From Promethearchaeota archaeon (GTDB taxonomy: Archaea > Asgardarchaeota > Lokiarchaeia > Sigyniarchaeales > SOKP01), in contig JBHLNS010000027.1 of NCBI GenBank assembly GCA_048941285.1, positions 12,211 to 46,620 on the forward strand: 34,410 nucleotides of DNA, read 5' to 3'. The notes below the pieces were generated by a model. The model saw only the letters and a list, made by a program, of their open reading frames with translations, did not search any database and was not told the origin of the DNA. Position 1 is the stretch's first letter. The number at the start of each line of letters is the position of its first letter. This document shows positions 17,488 through 25,844 of this stretch, piece by piece. The position numbers and the translations under genes were made by a program.

Positions 17488-18027
17488 ATGAGTGCTGATT
17501 TTAAAAAAAAAATTAATGGTGTAGTTAGTGTAATAGGGGCAAGTGAAATTGATAAAGACATGAGAAATAAAAGTATTGAAATTGGACGATTAATCGCAAA
17601 AAATAATTATGCGATTGCATGTGGAGGTCTTTCAGGAGTAATGGAAGCAGTATGTAAAGGAGCAAAAGAAGAGGGAGGCTTTACTATAGGCATAATTCCT
17701 TTTGTAGAAAAATCAGCCGCAAATAAATATATAGATCTAGTTATTCCTTGCCCATTTTCTCAAGCGAGAAATATTGTTGTTGTTTTAGCAGGAGATGTGT
17801 GTTTAGCTATAGGAGGTAAAGCTGGTACTTTATCTGAGATTTCATTTGCCTGGATTTACCAAAAACCCATTATCGCATTAACAGATGTTGATGGATGGTC
17901 TTCTAAAATTGCTAACCAAAAACTAGATGATCGAAGACAAGATATGATTTATGGGGTGAAAACTCCAAAAGAAGCAATCGAAAAAATAATGGAACTGCAA
18001 AAAAAATTATCAAATTTGAAAAAGTGA
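17488..18027 (+). CDS. LOG family (TIGR00725-type Rossmann-fold) protein
   Basis: CGGLSGVMEAVCKGA..GG.TIGIIP, ARNIVVV, AIGGKAGTLSEI. Confidence 0.9.
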   Translation: MSADFKKKINGVVSVIGASEIDKDMRNKSIEIGRLIAKNNYAIACGGLSGVMEAVCKGAKEEGGFTIGIIPFVEKSAANKYIDLVIPCPFSQARNIVVVLAGDVCLAIGGKAGTLSEISFAWIYQKPIIALTDVDGWSSKIANQKLDDRRQDMIYGVKTPKEAIEKIMELQKKLSNLKK

Positions 18028-18178
18028 AATTAAAGGATGGTTAAACAACTAATTAAAGGTATGAAAAACGACAAATTATGATTCATCGAGTGAAAATTAC
18101 TTAAGATTTAATGAATCTAATAAACCTATTTTTTAAAAATCCAGTAGAAACTAAAAATGTGAGTTTTACAAATTGCTA

Positions 18179-18934
18179 CTAGATTTTCTTTAATCTTAAG
18201 AAGAAATATTCTTCCTCTAATTTTTGGTCAATAATCTTAAAGCCTATATCTTTTATTAATTCAATGAAATATGAGACATCCTGCTCCTTATTCCAGCGTG
18301 TTCCATAACCAGCCACTACTTCCTTATCTTTAATTTGAACTTTATTCAAAATTACATATAATTCTTTTTCTTTATCAATATTTTTTGGAATAATTGGATC
18401 CCAAATTATAAATTCGCCTTTTTTTCTTAAGACCCTGTAAATCTCTTTAAATATTTTTTTATGATCACTTTTAGGCATATACATAATTGAGAAGAATGCT
18501 GTTATAGTATCAAAAGTGTTATCAAGGAATTTTAAATCCTTGGCATCCATAATTATTTTAAGACTTTCAGAATCACCTGCCTCAAGAGCCTCTTCAAGTT
18601 CACTTTTTCTTAAATCTATTGATATAACAGAGTCTCCTTTCAATTGACCTATTATTCCTTCTCCCCCGCCACCTATGTCTAGAATTCTCCCATCTAACTT
18701 TATATTATTTAGATTAATTCCTTGAGGATGTGTAAAAAAAATATTTATCCCTTTTTTCTTGCTAACAAATGCTTCAATTTCAACCTTAGTTGCATGCCAC
18801 ACTTCCTCAATTTTTTTACCATTTAATTCTCCGGTCTCTAAATGATTTCTTATGGTATCTTCAGTTTCTCCACTTGTGAAGATTTCTACAATTTCTACAA
18901 TATCATAATATCTGACATTGTTTATTTCTCTCAT
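18179..18934 (-). CDS. Class I SAM-dependent methyltransferase with N-terminal HTH-like domain
   Basis: ILDIGGGGEG, IDL, MDA.DL.F.D.TFD, EIYRVL...G.F. The N-terminal 60 aa resembles an excisionase/HTH_17 domain. Confidence 0.85.
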   Translation of the reverse strand: MREINNVRYYDIVEIVEIFTSGETEDTIRNHLETGELNGKKIEEVWHATKVEIEAFVSKKKGINIFFTHPQGINLNNIKLDGRILDIGGGGEGIIGQLKGDSVISIDLRKSELEEALEAGDSESLKIIMDAKDLKFLDNTFDTITAFFSIMYMPKSDHKKIFKEIYRVLRKKGEFIIWDPIIPKNIDKEKELYVILNKVQIKDKEVVAGYGTRWNKEQDVSYFIELIKDIGFKIIDQKLEEEYFFLRLKKI

Positions 18935-19088
18935 ATTGAACCTAAAATAAAGTAATTATTTAATTTTTTTATTTACTAACACTTTAATGTATAATGCAAA
19001 ATCTAAATAAATGATGCTATAATTTTTTATCTTACAAAAAGAATATATTTATATACCAATTACTTTTATAACTTTAAATAGGTGAAAT

Positions 19089-20063
19089 TTGACTTTGGAA
19101 AAGGATCTTAAACAATCAATTTTGTATTTGAAAAAGAAAGAACCAGAGGTAGAGGTAGCTCCAAATAAGCTACTTTTCACAGGACTTGATGATGCAGGTA
19201 AAACAAGCATTATTTTAGCACTTCAAAGAGAATTTTCCAAAATTGCTATTTTGTCTCCAACAAGAGGTGCTCAAAGAAGGATATTCGACTTTTTGGGTAA
19301 AGAGATCTCCGAATGGGATTTAGGTGGACAATTAGCTTATCGAATAGCTTATTTGAAAAACCCGGGAAAATATTTTGAAGGAACAGAAATTGCTATATAT
19401 GTAATTGATGTTCAAAATAAACCAAGAATCGCTGAGGCGGTTAGTTATTTTAAAGATGTTATAGACCAATTTAAAAAGTTAGAGATTGAACCACCAATTT
19501 ATGTATTTCTCCATAAATACGATCCTGCTCTTAGGCGGAGCGCTCAAAATGAGATGGAATCTATAGTAATAGATTTAAAAGATCAACTTAGAGCCACTAA
19601 ATATAAAGAAATTTATTATTATGAGACATCTATATATGATTTTGGTTCAATTATTAGTGCTATGTCTGAAATTCTGTTAAGTTTATATCCAAAATCAGAA
19701 TTAATAGAAAAAACTATTGTGGAATTTGCAAAAAAAGTAGATTCAGAAGGAGTTGTTATAATTGATGACAATTCCCTAATAATTGGATCTTACTACAAGG
19801 ATGATGAAACAAAGCACCTCCTGACGGCTAGTACTCCTTATTTTCTCACGCTGAATGATTCATTTCAATATACTGGCGTAGAAGAAAGATATGAGAATAG
19901 AATGATTGTTCAAAGATTTGGGAAAAATTTTATATTTAAACAAATTACGTTAAGGAGAGAATCATCTCCATATTATCTACTGCTTCTTAAAGAGGATCCC
20001 GTCTTTCATAAAGAAGATCTTGAATCTTTTGCAAATCTATTAAAAGAGATTCTTTATAAATAA
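19089..20063 (+). CDS. Rag/Arf-like small GTPase with C-terminal roadblock-like domain
   Basis: GLDDAGKTS, SPTRG, WDLGGQ, HKYD, ETSIYD, then LYPKSELIE..I.EFAKK...GVVIIDDNSLII. TTG start after AGGTGA. Confidence 0.9.
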   Translation: MTLEKDLKQSILYLKKKEPEVEVAPNKLLFTGLDDAGKTSIILALQREFSKIAILSPTRGAQRRIFDFLGKEISEWDLGGQLAYRIAYLKNPGKYFEGTEIAIYVIDVQNKPRIAEAVSYFKDVIDQFKKLEIEPPIYVFLHKYDPALRRSAQNEMESIVIDLKDQLRATKYKEIYYYETSIYDFGSIISAMSEILLSLYPKSELIEKTIVEFAKKVDSEGVVIIDDNSLIIGSYYKDDETKHLLTASTPYFLTLNDSFQYTGVEERYENRMIVQRFGKNFIFKQITLRRESSPYYLLLLKEDPVFHKEDLESFANLLKEILYK

Positions 20064-20255
20064 GATGATTGAATGCTTTTTAAACTTGTTTTAATACGTA
20101 GTATCTTAGTTTTCTTAATACTAACATTATTAAAATTGGATTTTTACTTATATTTTGTGAAATAAAAACGAAATTATATGGTTTTAAAATATATATAATA
20201 AAATAAAACTGAATGAAGAGATCAACCAAAATACTCAAATATTGGAGAAAATAGA

Positions 20256-21320
20256 TTGATTATTTGTCAGAATTGTGGGACTACTAATAATGAAGCAGTA
20301 ACCAATACTTGTAGAACATGTGGAGCATTGTTACCAGTATCTTCTAAGAGTACAAGATCAAGAAGATTAAAAACAGATAAAAAAAAGAAAGAAATCCAAA
20401 AACCGGTTCAACAATCACAATATAACTCTAGTGAATCGGAAGATTTTGGAAAACATAAATTGGAACTACAAGAAATTCCTAAAGAAGATGAGTTAATAAA
20501 TGATAGCGCTGAATTACATGAGATCCCTAAATTATTAGATGAAAAACAAGGAACTAAAGCGTCTTCAGTAAAAGAAGAAGTATCTGTGAAAGTTAAAACG
20601 GAAATCTTACAAGAAATTCCCGCTCAACCCTTTAGAGGAACCATTATGGACTCCCGTAATAGCTTTCAACCTCTATCTCACTCAACAAACTCTATTTCAG
20701 ATGCTTTTATGGAACTTAAAAGTTCAGTTCTAAAGGATCAAGAGAAGAGACAATCTGTTTCATTACCACCCATTTCCTCGGAGAAAACCGAAACTGATGA
20801 TTCTGTTTTAAGACAGAAACAATTAGAAAAAGATATGACTAAAGTATTAAGTTTTCTTTCAAAAAAGATTTCGGTAAAAAAATTAGAAATTCCTGAGCTT
20901 GAGGAAACTGAGAAATTAAAGCAAAAAGAAGATATACCTCCTTCTAGCATGAATGAAATTTTAAAAAGATTGATCTCAATAGATTTGAATATCGAAGCTT
21001 CAGCAATTATTAAAACGGATGGGACAATACTAGCTTCAGCAATATCAAGTAGGATTTCAGATTCCTTATTTGCAACAATAGCTATGAATCTATCAATGAT
21101 GGGTTCAGATATAATTGAAGGGTTAGATGCAGGTAAATTAAAATCAATTTGCGTTCGTGGTTCTGAAGGAATTTTAGACCTCGCCCCTATAGATAAAGAA
21201 AACCCAATTGCTAAAGATATGATTTTAGTAATACTCAGTCATCCAAAAACTAAGAGTGGAATTATATCATTTGCAGTTAACATCGTCAAAAAACAATTAA
21301 AAGAATATTTTGGTTCATAA
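20256..21320 (+). CDS. Zinc-ribbon + disordered linker + Roadblock/LC7 domain protein
   Basis: CQNC...CRTC at the N-terminus; C-terminal IEASAIIKTDGTILASAI...I.VRGSEG..GII roadblock signature. TTG start after GGAG. Confidence 0.88.
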   Translation: MIICQNCGTTNNEAVTNTCRTCGALLPVSSKSTRSRRLKTDKKKKEIQKPVQQSQYNSSESEDFGKHKLELQEIPKEDELINDSAELHEIPKLLDEKQGTKASSVKEEVSVKVKTEILQEIPAQPFRGTIMDSRNSFQPLSHSTNSISDAFMELKSSVLKDQEKRQSVSLPPISSEKTETDDSVLRQKQLEKDMTKVLSFLSKKISVKKLEIPELEETEKLKQKEDIPPSSMNEILKRLISIDLNIEASAIIKTDGTILASAISSRISDSLFATIAMNLSMMGSDIIEGLDAGKLKSICVRGSEGILDLAPIDKENPIAKDMILVILSHPKTKSGIISFAVNIVKKQLKEYFGS

Positions 21321-21347
21321 AAATAAAGACTTTAGCAAAAAAAAGTT

Positions 21348-22142
21348 TTATAATATTTTTTTTTGCATGCTTACTTTATTAATTTTAATAAATCTGAAAT
21401 ATGCTAAATTATTGTGTAATTCTTGTAAAAATGAATTCAATTCATATATAGAAACCAAAGGAATTTGATTATTATTAATTTTAGAGCTATTGTCTTCAAA
21501 AGTGACAATTGCTGGGATTAAAAAAAATGGTAATCGTTTTTTTATATCACTTTTTATGCCTATTGAATCTTGAATCATTCTTGAAAAGACTTCAGGATTT
21601 TTTTTCAACGCAACAGCTCTTCTATACTGCAAATCTGCTGCTTTATTGATAGAACTAAAAGAATCTTTGCGTTTCCACTGTTTTGCATCAATAAGTAGCA
21701 CATACTTTAAATCAATCCCAATAATATCAATTTCATATTTTTTTTGAGTAGTTTTGGATTTAAAATTGGATTTATCTGAGAATCTGAAATTTTTTAAGGT
21801 TTTGTAATTATTTATTGAAAGAATTTCTTGTATTAAGGCTTCAAACCCATCATAATTTAATAATTCAGAAAGATATCTGATATCCCGTTTTAAAACATTG
21901 ATACTGTTTATTATAAAAAGTATTTTATTAATTACAATATAGTTTTGATAATTGCCTTTCTGAAGTGATATAAAGTTAAATTCGTCTAAGAAATTTCTTA
22001 ACTCAATACCACTAAATTGATTAAAGAAGGGAATTTCTGAGATCTCCCACCATACTTCGGTAATGTTCGTCTCAGTTTCTCTTAAGATATAATAGATTTC
22101 ATTATAAAATTGCTTTACAGATAACTGAGTTTTGATCTTCAT
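21348..22142 (-). CDS. PD-(D/E)xK restriction-endonuclease-like protein (Mrr/NERD-like)
   Basis: FEALIQEIL, EIDIIG, IDAKQWK catalytic pattern. Confidence 0.75.
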   Translation of the reverse strand: MKIKTQLSVKQFYNEIYYILRETETNITEVWWEISEIPFFNQFSGIELRNFLDEFNFISLQKGNYQNYIVINKILFIINSINVLKRDIRYLSELLNYDGFEALIQEILSINNYKTLKNFRFSDKSNFKSKTTQKKYEIDIIGIDLKYVLLIDAKQWKRKDSFSSINKAADLQYRRAVALKKNPEVFSRMIQDSIGIKSDIKKRLPFFLIPAIVTFEDNSSKINNNQIPLVSIYELNSFLQELHNNLAYFRFIKINKVSMQKKIL

Positions 22143-22401
22143 AATTATAACTAAATATTGATGTTAAAATAAAATAGTGAGACTAATAGAATTCTGAAGA
22201 ATTTTTAAAAAATAAAAATAGGGCATTTTTTAATGATAATTAACACCCTAAGCTTTAGTGATAAACAACAAATTTAGGGTATTTTACTAGTTATAAATGC
22301 TATCTTTATTTTTTATGATATTTTACGATGTAATCAGTTAATAATTTTGTTTTTTAACTTTTAGAAATATTATTACTCAAGTTTAATCAAAAAAAAAGTA
22401 A

Positions 22402-24216
22402 ATGAAAACTTTCATGGATTTATTACCAAAAGTATTTAGAACTGAAGGGACTATAGCAGATTTTGATCCTAATAAAATTTACGTAAGTATTTTAAAAGAA
22501 ACAGGAATGAGTGAAGAAGATGCTAAGAGTATAACAGAAATTGTAGTCAGAAGAATAATAAGCTCGGGGATCAAATTTTTATCTGGTCCTCATATAAGAG
22601 AAATAGTTTGTTCTATTCTTTCAGAAGAGCATTTTGAAAATGAACGTAAATTGTATACAAGAATAGGAATGCCATTAATGGATTATGAAGAAATTCTTGA
22701 AAAAAGTCCAATAGAAGACCTTTATAAGTTGGTAAATCCAGAAAAAATACATCATTGGGCTGGGAATAAAATCGCTGAGGAATACGCACATTTAAGAATA
22801 TTAAATAATGAAGAATCTAAAGCTCATCTTGCCGGTGATATTCATATTAATGGTTTAAATTATTTTGTTCTACGACCATTTATTCAAATATGGGATCCTC
22901 GACTTATTTTGAAAAATGGACTACCACCAATGAAAACACTGAAAGGATATTATAAATATAGTCCTGCAAAAAATCTTAAATCAGCTTTATATCAATTAGC
23001 TAAATGGTTAGAGATGATTCAAGCAGAATTTTATGGATACCAAGGTTTTAATTTTATTAATACATTCTTAGCGCCATATTTATCCGAATTAAATGAAAAT
23101 GAGATATCAAAAGATATTAAGAGTTTTATTTATGAAAACAATTTATTATCTCTTTCAATCGGGCGCGAAGTACCCCCAATATCGATAATATCAACAATAA
23201 CTGTTCCTAAAGAACTTATAAATACTCCAGCAGTAACTCTGAGTGGTAAAACTAAAAATATTTATGGAAATTTTCAAAACCAATGCACTCAATTTTTCAA
23301 AACTATATTCCTAATCTTTAAAAGTATTTATGAGAAAAATCCTCTTCTTTCTTTACCAAAACATTACATCTTATTGAATCCCGAGTTTTTCGATTTAATT
23401 GAAGGTTTAATTCCCAAATTCTGGGACGATATTGAGTTGCTATCTTCCGCTTACTTTATGAATCTTAATCCCAATTCCTATAAATTTAAAGCCTTAGCAG
23501 ATTTAAATAAAGAAACGTATCAAAATTTTGGTATACTTCAAAATATCAGTCTAAATTTACCCAGATATGCGTTCTCTACTAAGGATGAAGACAAGTTTTT
23601 AGAATTATTAGGATTAAAATTAGATTTATGCTCCAATATTTTGCTTAAGAAATATGACATAATAAAGAAAAGAATTGATTCAAAACATTTACCACTTTGT
23701 GGTACAATTGTTGAAGGAGAACAATTATTTAAATTGCATAATCAAGGTTTATCTGTAAGTTTAGTAGGGTTAAATGAAGCAATTAAATATATAACAGATT
23801 ATGATCTGCATGAAAGCATAGATATAATTAATTTTGGTAGGAAAATATTAAATGAAATTAATCAATTGTGCTTAGAATATTCCAATAATAATAATAAAAT
23901 CTTTTTACTTAGTGAAAACCTTTCAGAAAAAGCTATTAACAGATTTACTAATTCAGATTTAAAACAATTTCCAGATAAAGTAAGATATGTCGCCAATAAT
24001 AGAAATTATACCAACTCTGTTAATCTTCGTGAAGGTTTATCTATAGATGTATTAGAAAGAGTTAAAATTCAGGAGAATTTTCATGAATTCATACATGAGG
24101 GAGCAACTATTAATATTTCTTTGACGGAATTAAAAAGAAACGGCCTAACTATTAAAGATTTTTTAACAAAAATTTCTAAGGAATCAAGGATATCAAATTT
24201 AAAATTTTATTCTTAA
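22402..24216 (+). CDS. ATP-cone + degenerate class III ribonucleotide reductase (NrdD)-like protein
   Basis: ATP-cone VFRTEG...FDPNKI...L.GPHIREIV; AH.AGDIHI.GL; GQG-like YGYQGF..NTFLAPY; SLNLPR; VGLNEA; YTNS; HEG. Lacks catalytic cysteines and the C-terminal glycyl-radical domain. Confidence 0.82.
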   Translation: MKTFMDLLPKVFRTEGTIADFDPNKIYVSILKETGMSEEDAKSITEIVVRRIISSGIKFLSGPHIREIVCSILSEEHFENERKLYTRIGMPLMDYEEILEKSPIEDLYKLVNPEKIHHWAGNKIAEEYAHLRILNNEESKAHLAGDIHINGLNYFVLRPFIQIWDPRLILKNGLPPMKTLKGYYKYSPAKNLKSALYQLAKWLEMIQAEFYGYQGFNFINTFLAPYLSELNENEISKDIKSFIYENNLLSLSIGREVPPISIISTITVPKELINTPAVTLSGKTKNIYGNFQNQCTQFFKTIFLIFKSIYEKNPLLSLPKHYILLNPEFFDLIEGLIPKFWDDIELLSSAYFMNLNPNSYKFKALADLNKETYQNFGILQNISLNLPRYAFSTKDEDKFLELLGLKLDLCSNILLKKYDIIKKRIDSKHLPLCGTIVEGEQLFKLHNQGLSVSLVGLNEAIKYITDYDLHESIDIINFGRKILNEINQLCLEYSNNNNKIFLLSENLSEKAINRFTNSDLKQFPDKVRYVANNRNYTNSVNLREGLSIDVLERVKIQENFHEFIHEGATINISLTELKRNGLTIKDFLTKISKESRISNLKFYS

Positions 24217-24362
24217 ATGAAATAAATGCTATAGTAAAAAAAGTATTTAATAAGAATGACTTTTTTGAATATAGTAATACTAGGATTTTATAATATTTTA
24301 AAATTAAAAAGCTATTTAACTTTAATTAGATAAGAATTTCCTAAAAATTTAATGGGGATTGC

Positions 24363-25826
24363 TTGACAAAAAAAAAAGAAAAGCAAAATAAAGAAAAGCC
24401 ACCAACGGAAGAAACAACAGAGAGCAAAATGAATATTATTAGTGCAGTAGTTTTAAGCATATTCGATGAAAATGGCCCAACACCAAAAATTTTTTGGCCT
24501 GATGATTTAGATGAACAAGCTGGGCTTTTAATTGCTATGAAAACCATTAGTTTATTAATGGGAGATGCAACTTACCAAGATGGAATAGGAACAGAAGGAG
24601 TTAACTATTTTGGAATATTACCTTTCCCTGATTTAAAGTTAAATGGATTGACTTACTTCTTCTTAATTCCTGATGATAGTGCGCGTGGAAAAGCTTTAGC
24701 GGCTACAATAACAGTATTAATTGATGAAAACAACAAGGTGTTCTTCTATGAAAACATGAAGTATTTAAGAGTTATAATGGATAAAGCAGCTACTCAAATT
24801 CAATATAATAAAGATAATGATGAAAGAGAAATCATTATTGATGAACTTCGTGGAGAACTCATGGAGTTTACCAAAGAATTAAAAGATCCTTTCTCTACAA
24901 AAAGACAATTGAAGATCTTGCTAACTGGACTGGATAAAGCAGGAAAGACGAGTTTTATGTTGGGAATAAAACGAAAATATTCAGAAATTATAAAATCTAT
25001 GCCAACTAAAGGGGTTGATAGAACAGAAGAGAATATTTTCGATGAACAAAATTCACAAATTTCTGTATGGGATTTAGGAGGCCAAGAAAAATATAGAGAA
25101 AGATATCTCGAGCAAAGTGAAGTGTATTTATACAATATAGATTTAATGTTTTTTTTCATTGATATTCAAGATATAGAAAGAATTGAGGAAGCACTTGGCT
25201 TATTTAGAAGGCTTTTGAAAATTTTGGTAGAATTAGATGAATTTCCTCCAATCGTTGTTTGTCTTAATAAATTCGATCCGGATCTTAAGGGTTCTGAGGA
25301 AATCTTTAAAAATCTAGAAGTAATAGCAGATACGATAAAGGAGAAAGCTGATAGATTCTTTATTAAAATTTTCCAAACAACGATTTTTGATCATTGGAGT
25401 CTTATTTCCGCATATTCATTCGGTTTATCTCAATTAAGCCCTAACCGCGAGTTATTTAGAAATCAATTGAAAAAATTCGCGAAAAAAACCAATTCAGATG
25501 CAATTTTACTACTTAATGAGAACGGTCTAATCTTATCTAATTTTTCAAAGACTGATATTTCTGGAAAACTATTTGAGATAATTGCCCCATATTACAAAAA
25601 TCTCTATAAAACATTCGAGGAATTCAAATTATTAGAACAAGATTTCATTGTGTCTTCTGGAATTGCAGATGAGTCTAAAAAAGTGATTTTTAAGAAAATT
25701 ACTGTCGAAAAATATAATCTATACCTACTTTTATTTTTAGAAAAGTCGTTGGAAATTGAAAAAATTGAAAAAAATTTACCTGAATTTTCAAAAAACATTG
25801 TTGATTTAATTCATACCTATATTTAA
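24363..25826 (+). CDS. uDENN/longin + Arf/Rag-like small GTPase + roadblock-like domain protein
   Basis: SIFDENGPTP..FWP, ILPFP, DDSARG; GTPase GLDKAGKTS, MPTKG, WDLGGQ, NKFD, TTIFD; C-terminal LSPNRELF..LKKFAKK..AILLLNENGLILS. Confidence 0.9.
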   Translation: MTKKKEKQNKEKPPTEETTESKMNIISAVVLSIFDENGPTPKIFWPDDLDEQAGLLIAMKTISLLMGDATYQDGIGTEGVNYFGILPFPDLKLNGLTYFFLIPDDSARGKALAATITVLIDENNKVFFYENMKYLRVIMDKAATQIQYNKDNDEREIIIDELRGELMEFTKELKDPFSTKRQLKILLTGLDKAGKTSFMLGIKRKYSEIIKSMPTKGVDRTEENIFDEQNSQISVWDLGGQEKYRERYLEQSEVYLYNIDLMFFFIDIQDIERIEEALGLFRRLLKILVELDEFPPIVVCLNKFDPDLKGSEEIFKNLEVIADTIKEKADRFFIKIFQTTIFDHWSLISAYSFGLSQLSPNRELFRNQLKKFAKKTNSDAILLLNENGLILSNFSKTDISGKLFEIIAPYYKNLYKTFEEFKLLEQDFIVSSGIADESKKVIFKKITVEKYNLYLLLFLEKSLEIEKIEKNLPEFSKNIVDLIHTYI

Positions 25827-25844
25827 GAAAGAAAAAAAAGAATT

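Noticed and set aside
18080-18117. Imperfect hairpin (GATTCAT...ATGAATC) between convergent genes; considered as a SECIS or sRNA
   Set aside because: Weak AT-rich pairing and no adjacent gene with a Sec codon.
21348-22142. Restriction-modification or defence island (nuclease, MTases, macro domain)
   Set aside because: The MTases lack DNA-MTase motifs (NPPY/DPPY, PC), and the genes are scattered among housekeeping genes.
22245-22280. ACCCTAA-N22-TTAGGGT inverted repeat in a divergent promoter
   Set aside because: Only 7 bp with a long spacer; not distinguishable from chance.
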